64,000 bases of DNA, taken from positions 146,093 to 210,092 of the forward strand of contig JACRHV010000006.1 of NCBI GenBank assembly GCA_016211945.1. The letters run 5' to 3'. Below the pieces are notes generated by a model. The model had not been told where the DNA came from. It saw only the letters and a program-made list of their open reading frames with translations, and ran no database searches. The position numbers and the translations under genes were made by a program. Position 1 is the stretch's first letter, and every line of letters starts with the position of its first letter. Positions 20,328 through 30,010 of this stretch are shown one piece after another. The stretch comes from Minisyncoccota bacterium. Its GTDB lineage: Bacteria > Patescibacteriota > Microgenomatia > UBA1400 > UBA12028.

Positions 20328-22585
20328 ATCGAAAACAGGCTTTGTTGGTTTTCATCAATCTGTTTTCTTTTTGTTACTGGGGTAGTTATTTTGGTGAGTC
20401 CTAATGTTCGATATGTTCGCAGTCTTTTAAAGTACATCAACTTGAGCATTGGCACCTGGTCATCAAAATAATCATGAACTACTGCTATTGTTTTTCCCTC
20501 AAATGGTCGCTGGACTCTGCCCACATATTGAATAAGCTTGCCCTTCCACGAAAAAGGGAATGCAAAAAAGACGTGGGAAACTGCTGGCCAGTCAAAGCCT
20601 TCACCAATTAGCTTGCCAGTTGCGATTAAAAGCTGGAAACGCTCTTGCATCATGCGTTTTGCAATGCGCTCACGATTCTTTTTGGTCATATTTCCGGTAG
20701 CAATAGCAGCATGAATATTTTTTATTTTTTCGCGAATCAAAGTCATGAGAGTTTCACAGTGTTCGATGCGCTCAGTCAGAACAATGCATTTTGCTCCTGT
20801 ATTCAAAACCTCCACAATGTCACTAGCAATTTGGTCATTACGTTTTGCATCAGCAATAAGAAACTTTCCTAACTCTTGAAATTCGTCTATTTTGTGAGCA
20901 ACTGTAAAAGCTGTTTTTCGTGTCATAAGTTGTGTCTCTACAGATGGTGACTCCACATTTTGCGGATTCTCTTTTGTCTGCTCAGCTACCGAAATAATAG
21001 TGTCACTTACGTAAAAGTGCATCAGTTTTTCCAGTTTATCTTTTCGATACGCTGTTGCGGTTAATCCCAATACATATTTGGCAGAAAATTGTTTAACCAC
21101 ATCGCTGAATGTGTTTGCTGGCACGTGATGGCACTCATCAATAATGACCAATCCAAATTGATTTTTGACGTCATCTAAATTCCTGCGCGTTAGTGTCATG
21201 TAGGAAGCAACGGTGACTTTTTTTCCGATTCGCCATTTATTGCCAATGGTACCTAAGTCTTCCTTGGTGAGTTTGAAATAGGTATTGAATCGTCTGATCC
21301 ATTGATCAAGCAATATCGTTGTGTGGACGACAATAAGTGTTTTTTGCTGAAGTTTCTTCATCAGAGCTAATGCCACCATCGTTTTACCAAAACCAGGATG
21401 AGCCTCCAGAATGCTGCGATTTTGTAGCAGGAGAGATTTGAGAATTTTTTGCTGATCCGCGTGCAATTTTAGCGTTGATGGAAATTGCATCTTTTTTGTG
21501 GTGATTCGTTCATCTTTTATTTCAACTGTTAGTTGTTCTTTTTTGATAAAGGCAAGAAGTTTATTTAAAAATCCAAGTGGCAAAGCAACATGATCAGGAA
21601 ATACTTCTAGAGTTTTGATGGACCGAGCGGTCTGCCATGTTGAGTACCCAAATCGTTCTTTGACATAAAATTCAGGATTGGGAAAATTCAGCTCTCTTTT
21701 CAGGAATCGATACAATTTATCTGGTAACCAAAGGCTTGGAATAACAATGTTGGACGAAAGCATGGCATGAACTTCCTGGCCTTGGGTTGTTGAAACTGTT
21801 GGTTCACTTTCTTCTTGAGTTACAATTTCTCTTTTTGTTTCGTCTTTGCTCTGTTCCATTTTATATTCAGCAGAGGTTTCTTTCACTAAATGAGCTGTAA
21901 TTGGGTTTGCCTGATACTGAATTTTTGTTTTCTCGTTCATGCAATGATCAATATCATTCAGGCTCACTCTTTTGATCGACTCAAGGAATTGCCATTGATC
22001 TAGACAAACTTCACCAACAGAATCAATAAACACTGTATTTCCTTCTATCACCGCTTTTCCCTGCAACGGCAAACAAATCAGATTCCCAAACCCTTTTCCG
22101 GTATGTTCATCCTGACTGGGAAACATGCGGTCAAACGTCTTACGAGTGGTTATTCCAGCTTGAAAGAGCAACAGTTTCCCTATTTGTCGTGCTTTGTATG
22201 CAACAATGCGCTGATCAAAAAAGATCCATACATGTCCGCCCTCACCCGAACGGGATCGTTCAATATATGCAGAGATGTTGAGTAGCTTTGCCTGCTCAAT
22301 GATTTTGCGAGCCAATATAAGCCAATCTTTCCCATCAAAATCAATGACGAGAAACGCTGCCGTATTATCAGGAAATAACGGATACACGCCAATCGTTTGA
22401 TTCCCAAGCAAGTGATCACGAATCACATCATCCGTTAATACGTGTGATTTTTGATTCAAGTTATACACTGGGGCGTAACCAGTCTTTTTGTTCATCATGT
22501 CCACCCAATAGTGTGCAAAGACATCGTCGCGAGTGGAAAAAAGCGAACGAAATAGATGTATTTGACTAGGCAAAAATGTGAGCAT
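20324..22585 (-). CDS. AEP-like primase domain fused to SF2 DExH helicase (TOTE-primase/ResIII-like)
   Basis: N-terminal GVYPL, IDFD, ERSRSG.GGHVW, DRMFP.QD, GNLI.LPLQ; C-terminal PGFGKT, DECH, GLTAT, GEGFD.P, QYVGR..R. Confidence 0.88.
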   Translation of the reverse strand: MLTFLPSQIHLFRSLFSTRDDVFAHYWVDMMNKKTGYAPVYNLNQKSHVLTDDVIRDHLLGNQTIGVYPLFPDNTAAFLVIDFDGKDWLILARKIIEQAKLLNISAYIERSRSGEGGHVWIFFDQRIVAYKARQIGKLLLFQAGITTRKTFDRMFPSQDEHTGKGFGNLICLPLQGKAVIEGNTVFIDSVGEVCLDQWQFLESIKRVSLNDIDHCMNEKTKIQYQANPITAHLVKETSAEYKMEQSKDETKREIVTQEESEPTVSTTQGQEVHAMLSSNIVIPSLWLPDKLYRFLKRELNFPNPEFYVKERFGYSTWQTARSIKTLEVFPDHVALPLGFLNKLLAFIKKEQLTVEIKDERITTKKMQFPSTLKLHADQQKILKSLLLQNRSILEAHPGFGKTMVALALMKKLQQKTLIVVHTTILLDQWIRRFNTYFKLTKEDLGTIGNKWRIGKKVTVASYMTLTRRNLDDVKNQFGLVIIDECHHVPANTFSDVVKQFSAKYVLGLTATAYRKDKLEKLMHFYVSDTIISVAEQTKENPQNVESPSVETQLMTRKTAFTVAHKIDEFQELGKFLIADAKRNDQIASDIVEVLNTGAKCIVLTERIEHCETLMTLIREKIKNIHAAIATGNMTKKNRERIAKRMMQERFQLLIATGKLIGEGFDWPAVSHVFFAFPFSWKGKLIQYVGRVQRPFEGKTIAVVHDYFDDQVPMLKLMYFKRLRTYRTLGLTKITTPVTKRKQIDENQQSLFSI

Positions 22586-22691
22586 GTGAGCTCTATTATA
22601 TCTCGAGGTCAAAATAGCTACTTAATCAGTTCGAGTAGGCTGTCCAAATGGTGAAGGATTGGATTCAGCAAAATTCACTATGTTTTTGCAG

Positions 22692-23897
22692 CTAAGCAAG
22701 CTTAATTTCATCTGGAATGAACGTGAGTTTAGTTTTAATGAAGTCCAACATCGTATTAAAAGTTCCTTCTTCCTGCGGAGAGATATTCAGACTGTAAAAG
22801 GTTGTTTTGCCTACTTCTCTTCTGTTAACAATTTTTTGGTCAGTCGCTTGCTGGAGGTAGGTGACGAATGTTTGGCGAGCCATTTTGCCGTTAACATTTT
22901 TGAAAAGATTTTTAAACTGGACTTCATGTTTTTTAATCAGGGGTTTGCAGATACGAGTGATCTGCTCATCGGTGTTCTGACTATCCAGAAATGCCTTTCG
23001 TTTTACTTCAAGGCTTGTTTTCACTACTGACAAGATGGATAAAGCAAAGGCTTCCTGAAAAAATCCCACAAAATGATTCAAGTTCTTTCGTTCCAAAGAA
23101 AACAATAAGTACTTATAGTACCGTGCTTTTTCTTTATGATAGTAATAGGAGGTACTGTACAGATTTTTTTTGTTCACTCCTAATGAACGAAGAAAAATGT
23201 GTTCGAGAATTCTTGATACTCGTTTATTGCCATTAGTGAAGGGATGGAGGGCATATAAAGCAGTATGAAAAATGCCAATACTAGTAATAGCTCTATTATT
23301 TTGAATCCAAATAACGAGCTCTTGTACACCAGTCTCGATTTCATGATAAGGTGCTGGTTTATACTCGCCCACACGAATATTGTCATTGTCTCGCCATTTT
23401 CCTGATTTATAGACATCGAAATGTGGTAAGTGCGTTTGAAACACATCCAAACCTTGGGTTAATTTTTGATGAAGCTGCAAAATAAAGTCTGGAGTAACTT
23501 CATCAATCTGAATCTCTTGATATTCTCGAAAGGTTTTGGCAATGTTAAAGAATTCCAGTTTTTCATAATCCTTCTGCAATAGCTTCTTTCCCTTTTTCAA
23601 CTTACCACTGATAAACGAATAGTCTTCATTTTTGAGTAAAAAGTCATATACATCCTGGGCTTCTTGAAGCGTTAATGTCGAGTTTTCGGCTTTTGAGATC
23701 GCAAACGAAGCCAACAGTTCATTTTTGCTCAGTAGATTCTTTTCAATATCTGGATCTAAAAAGAGCTGTTCATATTGGTTTAAATCCCTGTCTAAATCAA
23801 GCAATTCCTCATTGGAGAATGGTAAAAGACTTGGGGTTAGGATCAATTGATTCAGAAAAGGGCTGGTGAAGGGGTTATTGGTAGTAATTGTGGTCAT
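22692..23897 (-). CDS. Fic family protein
   Basis: HPFTNGNKRVSR Fic motif; I..LH..L, G.WR...IRVG; HTH-like C-terminus. Confidence 0.88.
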   Translation of the reverse strand: MTTITTNNPFTSPFLNQLILTPSLLPFSNEELLDLDRDLNQYEQLFLDPDIEKNLLSKNELLASFAISKAENSTLTLQEAQDVYDFLLKNEDYSFISGKLKKGKKLLQKDYEKLEFFNIAKTFREYQEIQIDEVTPDFILQLHQKLTQGLDVFQTHLPHFDVYKSGKWRDNDNIRVGEYKPAPYHEIETGVQELVIWIQNNRAITSIGIFHTALYALHPFTNGNKRVSRILEHIFLRSLGVNKKNLYSTSYYYHKEKARYYKYLLFSLERKNLNHFVGFFQEAFALSILSVVKTSLEVKRKAFLDSQNTDEQITRICKPLIKKHEVQFKNLFKNVNGKMARQTFVTYLQQATDQKIVNRREVGKTTFYSLNISPQEEGTFNTMLDFIKTKLTFIPDEIKLA

Positions 23898-23899
23898 AA

Positions 23900-23944
23900 G
23901 ATTAGTCTAATTTCAGTCTAATGATTAGTCTGAATTATAGTCAA
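23900..23944 (-). repeat. Four imperfect direct repeats (GACTAAT-like) over the fic promoter
   Basis: Minus strand reads ttGACTAtaattcaGACTAATcattaGACTGAAattaGACTAAT immediately before the ATG. Confidence 0.5.
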
Positions 23945-24066
23945 CAACTGATCCAGTGTCAATTTTTTTTCAGGTCAAGTAGCCGGTGCATACAAATTTT
24001 CTTTATTGATACCCTTTAGCTTGTAAAGTAAATAATCTGGCCGTTTCCAATGTGTATGAGTTATCT

Positions 24067-24159
24067 TCAGTAGGTTACGACAGGTCTTACATCCGGAATG
24101 TAGATATGCTCCGTTGTCTCCTGTAAAATAGTTCTAACGTTGTTCACAACGTTCCGCCA
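24067..24159 (-). pseudogene. Possible C-terminal stub of a large serine recombinase starting at the att core
   Basis: Minus strand from TGGCGGA reads WRNVVNNVRTILQETTEHIYIPDVRPVVTY*; resemblance to CPR recombinase tails is from recall, not from a search. Confidence 0.4.
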
Positions 24160-24164
24160 TTACT

Positions 24165-24386
24165 ATGCACAAAGTACCAACGGATTTACGAAAAGTCATT
24201 ATTTCTTTTCCAAAGGCGCGAGCAGCATGGAAGGGTATTACACCACTTGCGCGCAATGAGTGGATCTGCTGGATTGAGTCTGCCAAAAAAACGGAAACAA
24301 GGATCCACCGGATTGAGAGGGCGCGTGCAGAGCTTATAGACGGAAAGCGCAGGCCTTGCTGTTGGGCCGGTTGTATTCATCGTTGA
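24165..24386 (+). CDS. YdeI/OmpD-associated family protein
   Basis: VP.DL, W..ITPLARNEWICWI.SAKK.ETR..RI, RRPCCW.GC.HR. Confidence 0.85.
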   Translation: MHKVPTDLRKVIISFPKARAAWKGITPLARNEWICWIESAKKTETRIHRIERARAELIDGKRRPCCWAGCIHR

Positions 24387-24456
24387 GATAATCGAAGGTG
24401 GCGCACTACATCAATTTTTTCTATAAACAAAGTGATAAAATAATCGATGAATAAAT

Positions 24457-24927
24457 ATGATGATAAGACACGCAAAAATAACCGATAAAGAAATTGTCTT
24501 AAAATTGCTCGATGAATTCAGAAGTGACTGTGCAGAACAAATTACAGGGGAGTATGTTGAGTCTCATACCGCCAGAGAAGGTGGTCGTTTACTTTATGAA
24601 TCTCTCTTATCTCGAAATGATTATGGTATTTTCTTGTTGGTTGATTTGCATTCAAAAGTTGTAGGGGTAATTACTGGCTATCTCTGTCCTATGTTGCGAA
24701 ATGGCGGTGTGAGAGCAGAGGTAGAGGAATTTTTTGTACAGAAAGAGCATAGAGGAAATGGTAACGCAAAGAAATTAATGGATGCTTTTTTTGCTTGGTG
24801 CAAAATGAACCAAGTCCGAAAGGTGAACCTAGAGTCGGAAAATAAACTAAATAGAGCACACAGTTTTTATAAGAAATATGGTTTTGAGACCAAAGCTCAA
24901 AGGTTTATTAAAAAACTAGAGAGTTAA
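24457..24927 (+). CDS. GNAT family N-acetyltransferase
   Basis: VEEFFV...HRG.G.AK.LM; RAH.FY.K.GF. Confidence 0.9.
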   Translation: MMIRHAKITDKEIVLKLLDEFRSDCAEQITGEYVESHTAREGGRLLYESLLSRNDYGIFLLVDLHSKVVGVITGYLCPMLRNGGVRAEVEEFFVQKEHRGNGNAKKLMDAFFAWCKMNQVRKVNLESENKLNRAHSFYKKYGFETKAQRFIKKLES

Positions 24928-24980
24928 CGTATAAGCTTATTTGGGTTCCAGAACCGAGTACACTGTAAAGAAAGGTAGAT

Positions 24981-25394
24981 ATGGAAATAACGCAGGCAGA
25001 TCATGAACTTATCAAACATGCAGAACAAACAATTACGCGCCACTTTTCTCCAAAACACCATCGACTCGCCACCTGTATTGCAACAAAATCAGGGCAAATT
25101 ATCACAGGAATTAATGTTGAGGGATCATTTGGGTGCAATGATGTGTGTGCGGAACAAATAACTTTGGGGAATGTCTTGTCTCATGGAGTAAAAGACATTG
25201 CATGTATGGTTACGGTAAAACATCCAAAAGCAGAGGATCCAAATCAATCACTACGCGTAGTTTCGCCCTGTGGGAAATGTCGAGAACTTATTCTCGACTA
25301 TGCGCCAGAAGCCTGGGTTATCATCAAAAATGGGAGCACGCTCATAAAAGTACATGCAAAAGACCTCTTGCCATATCGGTATTCCAAGGCATAA
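24981..25394 (+). CDS. Cytidine deaminase family (tetrameric CDA/blasticidin-S deaminase-like)
   Basis: G.NVE, CAE, SPCGKCRE, LLP..Y. Confidence 0.88.
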   Translation: MEITQADHELIKHAEQTITRHFSPKHHRLATCIATKSGQIITGINVEGSFGCNDVCAEQITLGNVLSHGVKDIACMVTVKHPKAEDPNQSLRVVSPCGKCRELILDYAPEAWVIIKNGSTLIKVHAKDLLPYRYSKA

Positions 25395-25409
25395 TAGAGG
25401 AAGAAAACT

Positions 25410-25628
25410 ATGCAAAAAGATACGCATTCCTTATCTCGTACCTGCGAACATACATGTTCGCAATCATATACAACATCAAACACGGTTTATGGACTCGCGT
25501 TTCTTGGTTCTGTCGTCTATTTTATTCAACATGCAACAACATTTTGGGAAGGTGTTTTGGGTGTGGGAAAGGCAGTGATTTGGCCCGCCCTCCTCGCATA
25601 TAAATTGCTCGAATTTTTCAAATTCTAA
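25410..25628 (+). CDS. Small two-TM conserved hypothetical membrane protein
   Basis: YGL.F.G..VY.IQ.A..FW.GVLG..KA..WPA pattern; SD GAGG. Confidence 0.75.
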   Translation: MQKDTHSLSRTCEHTCSQSYTTSNTVYGLAFLGSVVYFIQHATTFWEGVLGVGKAVIWPALLAYKLLEFFKF

Positions 25629-25634
25629 TACCCT

Positions 25635-26036
25635 ATGAACTTACCTTTTGATGTTGGTATCTCCCCAACACTTCACATTCGTGGCCTCATTGCAAATCGC
25701 AATATTAAAAAAGGCGAAGTTGTTGAACGTGCTCCGGTGGTTTTGATCAGTAAAAAAGAAGAGGAGCATCTCAAAAAAACTGTGCTTTGGAAGTATTACT
25801 ACGAATGGTCAAACAAACATCATGTGATTGTGTTGGGATATGGCAGTCTATACAACCATTCATATGAACCAAACGTGCGGTATGGGTTTAATTTTAAATG
25901 GAAAGTACTTGTGTATAAGGCGATTAAACCAATAAAAAAAGGTGAGGAATTGATGGTGAACTACAACTGGGATCCGGATAACAAAGACCCTGTTGATGAT
26001 TTTTTGATGGACTTCAACGCGCATATGAAAGCGTAG
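25635..26036 (+). CDS. SET domain protein (lysine methyltransferase-like)
   Basis: RGL.A...I.KGE, GYGSLYNHS..PN, A...I..GEEL..NY. Confidence 0.92.
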   Translation: MNLPFDVGISPTLHIRGLIANRNIKKGEVVERAPVVLISKKEEEHLKKTVLWKYYYEWSNKHHVIVLGYGSLYNHSYEPNVRYGFNFKWKVLVYKAIKPIKKGEELMVNYNWDPDNKDPVDDFLMDFNAHMKA

Positions 26037-26098
26037 GTCGTGCACGTTGCGTTAACCTTGTTTTCATGGTACACTATACTCTGGAATTGTGAGAAATG

Positions 26099-26125
26099 AA
26101 GGTGGGTTTGGAACCCGCCTTTTTT
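26099..26125 (+). promoter_or_regulatory. rimP-leader-like hairpin/attenuator before nusA
   Basis: AAGGTGGGT-TTGGA-ACCCGCCTT followed by a T tract; TGgTACACT promoter at ~26067-26075. Confidence 0.6.
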
Positions 26126-26142
26126 ATTAAAGAAGGAGAAAA

Positions 26143-27399
26143 ATGTCAGCTACAACACAACATTCGCAAACACGATCAGAGTTTACTGCCGCACTCAACC
26201 AGATTGCCGCCGAACGAAATATTGATCCATCAGTTGTCCTTTCTTCTATTGAAGAAGCTATTGTTGCCGCATATAAAAAGGATGCAGTTGGAGTGTTGGA
26301 AGATGATGTGTTTATTGCGCAAATCGACCCACTTACCGGTGAGTCAAATGTATACAAAGTTGTGGGGAAAAAACAGATCGATGTTACCCCCGCAGGCTTT
26401 GGGCGTATCGCAGCGCAAACTGCAAAACAAGTCATCCTCCAAAAAGTTCGCGAGGCAGAGCGCGATGCCGTCATCCAGTACTACAGCGCAAAAATTGGCA
26501 CTATCGTTACCGGTATGGTGCTCAGGCACGATGGCAAGAATGTCATCATGGATATTGGCAAGGGCCAGGCGTATATGCCGCCGGAAGAGCAGATGCGCGG
26601 AGAGTTTTACCGCCTGAATACTCGGCTAACGGTCTATATTGCAGACATCCGTGAAACCATGCGCGGAAAAACAGTGATTGTGTCTCGTGCCGCAAAAGAA
26701 CTCGTGAAAGAATTGTTTGCACGTGAGGTTCCGGAAGTCTCTTCTGGAGCGGTGGAAGTTAAGGCAATCGCACGTGAGGCCGGTGTTCGCGCAAAACTCG
26801 CGGTGTTTTCTTCACAACAAGGGGTTGACCCCGTGGGTTCATGTGTGGGTCAAAAGGGCGTTCGTGTTCAAGAAGTCATTAAAGAACTGAACAACGAAAA
26901 AATCGATATTATTCAATACACGGAAGATCCTCGATTGTTTGTTGAGCAAGCGCTTGCTCCGGCAGAGAATCTCAAGATTGAGATTGATGAGAAAAAGAAA
27001 TTGGCAACCGTGACTGCACCAGACGATCAAGTGTCCCTAGCGATCGGTCGCGGTGGGCAGAATGCTCGATTAGCTGCAAAGCTAACAGAGTACAAGATTA
27101 CGATTAAGTCACAATCCGGCATTCAAGCTGCTTCCGTTACAGGGAGCGAGGAGTTTGAGATCGATCAGCTCGACTTGAAAGAGGATGTTCGGAAGCTACT
27201 TGTTGAAAAGGGGTATACTTTGCTCTATCAACTTCGTGATCATCTTGATGAAATTGAGACACTCGGGGGCGTTGGGCCAAAAGCGGTAGAGGCGATTCGT
27301 GCAGCGCTAACGTTAAGTCAACCTCCAAGACCAATGTACCAAGAAACAGTAGTCGAAACGCCCGCACCAGTTATCGCGGAGACTCAAAAAACAGAGTAA
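26143..27399 (+). CDS. nusA: Transcription factor NusA
   Basis: FGRIAAQTAKQVI.QK.REAER, S1, AREAG.R.K.AV, DPVGSCVG, SLAIG.GGQNARLAAKLT. Confidence 0.98.
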   Translation: MSATTQHSQTRSEFTAALNQIAAERNIDPSVVLSSIEEAIVAAYKKDAVGVLEDDVFIAQIDPLTGESNVYKVVGKKQIDVTPAGFGRIAAQTAKQVILQKVREAERDAVIQYYSAKIGTIVTGMVLRHDGKNVIMDIGKGQAYMPPEEQMRGEFYRLNTRLTVYIADIRETMRGKTVIVSRAAKELVKELFAREVPEVSSGAVEVKAIAREAGVRAKLAVFSSQQGVDPVGSCVGQKGVRVQEVIKELNNEKIDIIQYTEDPRLFVEQALAPAENLKIEIDEKKKLATVTAPDDQVSLAIGRGGQNARLAAKLTEYKITIKSQSGIQAASVTGSEEFEIDQLDLKEDVRKLLVEKGYTLLYQLRDHLDEIETLGGVGPKAVEAIRAALTLSQPPRPMYQETVVETPAPVIAETQKTE

Positions 27400-27433
27400 T
27401 GAGTGCGAAATGTAAAGAGAAAAGAGGTTTGGC

Positions 27434-28864
27434 ATGAGTGTGCAGGCAAGACCACCAGTTGTTACCATTATGGGTCATGTTGACCATGGCAAGACTTCGC
27501 TTTTAGATGCAATTCGACATACCACCGTTGCGGCCAAAGAGGCCGGTGGTATTACGCAGCACATTGGTGCCTACCAGGTTGAACACGCCAAAAAAACTAT
27601 TACTTTTATCGATACTCCAGGCCACGCGGCGTTTACCAAGATGCGCTCCCGTGGGGCGCAGGCTACCGATATTGTTGTTCTCGTTGTTTCGGCTTCAGAG
27701 GGGGTAAAACCGCAGACTGTGGAGTCGATTCAGCACATCAAAAAAGCAGGCGTCCAATATCTTGTTGCGCTGACAAAAACAGATTTGCCAGACTCAGACA
27801 TTGAGCGTGTGAAGGCGCAGCTGACGGAATATGAGGTGTTTGTTGAGGGGTATGGCGGTGACATCGTGTGTGTTCCTGTTTCCGCAAAGACCGGAGATGG
27901 ATTGGATAAATTACTTGAAATGATCTCTCTTATTGCCGAGATGATGGATCTCAAGGCCGATGCTTCTGCCTCGATTGAAGGGGTGATTATTGAATCGAAG
28001 ATGGAGGCGCGTCGCGGTGCTGTGGCGACGGTACTCGTAAAAAACGGCACACTTCACCTTGGCGATACCATCTATGTTGATCAGGTAAGCGCAAAGGTAA
28101 AGGCAATGACCGACGCACTTGCAAAACCAGTGAAAGAGGCAGGTCCATCAACGCCAGTTGAAGTGTTGGGATGGAACACAGCTCCGTTGATCGGCGGACT
28201 TGTGATGGCGACAGCCTCGCAACCAATAGAGAACCAGAGTGGAGAAAAAAGCGTATCGAGCGAGCATGATGACGAGAGTCCAACGAAGCTGAAACTTATT
28301 ATTAAGTCCGATACTGCTGGGACATTAGAGGCAATTGAAAACAGTATTGTAACGGACGAGATTGTGGTGATTAGTAAAGGCATTGGAGATGTTGGTGAGG
28401 CAGATGTTCTTATGGCCGAGTCAACTGGCGCGCGTATCATCGGGTTCCATGTGAAGGTGCCGTCTGCGGTGTTAGCGATGGCGGAGAACATGAAGGTAAA
28501 GATTAAGACATACACCATTATCTTTGACATGATCGAAGATATTCAGAAACAAGTTTTGTTGCTGATTGAGCCTTCCATGAACGAGGAAGAGTTGGGAACC
28601 GCAGAGATTGTGATGATTTTTGACATGAAAGGTGAACGCGTTGCGGGATGCAAGATTAAAACCGGAGAAATTGGTCGAGGACAACTCTACCACATTAAAC
28701 GTGGTGATGTGGTTATTGCCGATCCAAAAATGAAATCGATGAAGACTGGAAAGCAAGATATTGAGTCGATGAAGGCCGGCGGCGAGTGCGGTATTGTGTT
28801 CCGCAACTATACTGATCTCCAAAAAGGGGATGTGATTCTCGCGTATAAAATAAAAGAGATATGA
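27434..28864 (+). CDS. infB: Translation initiation factor IF-2 (no N-terminal domain)
   Basis: [46 protein letters not shown]. Confidence 0.97.
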   Translation: MSVQARPPVVTIMGHVDHGKTSLLDAIRHTTVAAKEAGGITQHIGAYQVEHAKKTITFIDTPGHAAFTKMRSRGAQATDIVVLVVSASEGVKPQTVESIQHIKKAGVQYLVALTKTDLPDSDIERVKAQLTEYEVFVEGYGGDIVCVPVSAKTGDGLDKLLEMISLIAEMMDLKADASASIEGVIIESKMEARRGAVATVLVKNGTLHLGDTIYVDQVSAKVKAMTDALAKPVKEAGPSTPVEVLGWNTAPLIGGLVMATASQPIENQSGEKSVSSEHDDESPTKLKLIIKSDTAGTLEAIENSIVTDEIVVISKGIGDVGEADVLMAESTGARIIGFHVKVPSAVLAMAENMKVKIKTYTIIFDMIEDIQKQVLLLIEPSMNEEELGTAEIVMIFDMKGERVAGCKIKTGEIGRGQLYHIKRGDVVIADPKMKSMKTGKQDIESMKAGGECGIVFRNYTDLQKGDVILAYKIKEI

Positions 28865-28951
28865 AGACACTGGTTTTCTAAGGCGCATCTTTCCCAAACA
28901 AAAAAGAACATTAGTTTGATTTTTCCACCTTAAATGGAGTATTATGTGCGC

Positions 28952-30004
28952 ATGATCTCGGTGAATGAATGTGCGGCGCTCAAGGACATGGTAAAAAATG
29001 CCAAATCAATCTATGTTGTGTTGGGTGCGAATCCAAATTATGATGCGGTTGCGGCCGCGCTTTCTCTCTATCTCTCGTTCCAACAAGCAGGAAAATATGT
29101 GCAGATTTCGTGTGCAACACCCATGCGCGTAGAGTTTTCATATTTAGTTGGTGTGGATCAAATCAAAGAAAAACTGGGGTCAAAAAACTTAGTGATCTCG
29201 TTCAATTACTCCGAGGAAAGTGTTGAAAAAGTTACCTATGCCATTGATGAAGCGACCAAGCGTTTTAATTTAGTGATTGCGCCGCGAACTGGCGGAAAGC
29301 CGTTGGATCCGGCAACCGTTGACTACACCTTAGCTGGGGCAGAGGCAGATCTTGTGTTTTTGGTGGGAGTCTCGCAACTTGAAGACTTGGGCGCGTTGTA
29401 CACGGCGGAACAATATTTCTTTGACAGTTCCTACACCATTAGTTTGACGACCTATCAATCACAGCCATTTGCACGAATGACCTTGGATACCACCGGGCAG
29501 ACTTGTCTTGCCGAGGGGGTTGGTGTATTACTTACTCAAGTTGAGTTTGAGCCAAAAGATGATATCGCGACAAATTTATTATCTTCAATAGAACAGGCGA
29601 CGAATCGATTCCAGTCATTGGGAGTTGGTCCGGACACATTCGAGTTGATCGCTAAACTGATGCGAAATGGTGCGAGGCGGTCTGCAACAAATCCGGCGCT
29701 GGGTGGAACAGTTCAGCAAGGTGTTGTAGTACCAACGCCCACGATATCACCACAGTTCCAGGCAGTTCCCGCGTCCACGAGCACGTTTGCGGAGGCAATG
29801 AAAGCAAAAAGCGCGGGGCAACAACCAGTAATGCAGGCACAGCAGTCAGTAGTGCAGCCCCCACAACAACCCCCCTCGCAACAGATTATTCAATTAGAAC
29901 GAACAGATCAAATATCCTCAAGTAATGGGGCGTACCAGCCAACACAACCTCCACCACAAGAATGGACACAGCCAAAGATCTTTACTGGGGCGACGAAGGT
30001 GTAA
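28952..30004 (+). CDS. Degenerate DHH-family (NrnA-like) protein with Q/P-rich tail
   Basis: NP..DAV...L.L, AD.V..VG, IAT.LL..I...T.RF, L...GA; DHH motif not present; usual NrnA position after infB. Confidence 0.65.
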   Translation: MISVNECAALKDMVKNAKSIYVVLGANPNYDAVAAALSLYLSFQQAGKYVQISCATPMRVEFSYLVGVDQIKEKLGSKNLVISFNYSEESVEKVTYAIDEATKRFNLVIAPRTGGKPLDPATVDYTLAGAEADLVFLVGVSQLEDLGALYTAEQYFFDSSYTISLTTYQSQPFARMTLDTTGQTCLAEGVGVLLTQVEFEPKDDIATNLLSSIEQATNRFQSLGVGPDTFELIAKLMRNGARRSATNPALGGTVQQGVVVPTPTISPQFQAVPASTSTFAEAMKAKSAGQQPVMQAQQSVVQPPQQPPSQQIIQLERTDQISSSNGAYQPTQPPPQEWTQPKIFTGATKV

Positions 30005-30010
30005 ATTCCG

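Larger units (their letters stand above)
19145..24159. mobile_element. Candidate 5-kb genomic island integrated at the tRNA-Ser(ACT) 3' end
   Basis: TCCGCCA at 19145-19151 recurs at 24153-24159; cargo is TnpA-like, primase-helicase and Fic; no intact integrase. Confidence 0.55.

Noticed and set aside
24165-26036. Integron cassette array
   Set aside because: No intI and no repeated RYYYAAC...GTTRRRY attC structures evident between the genes
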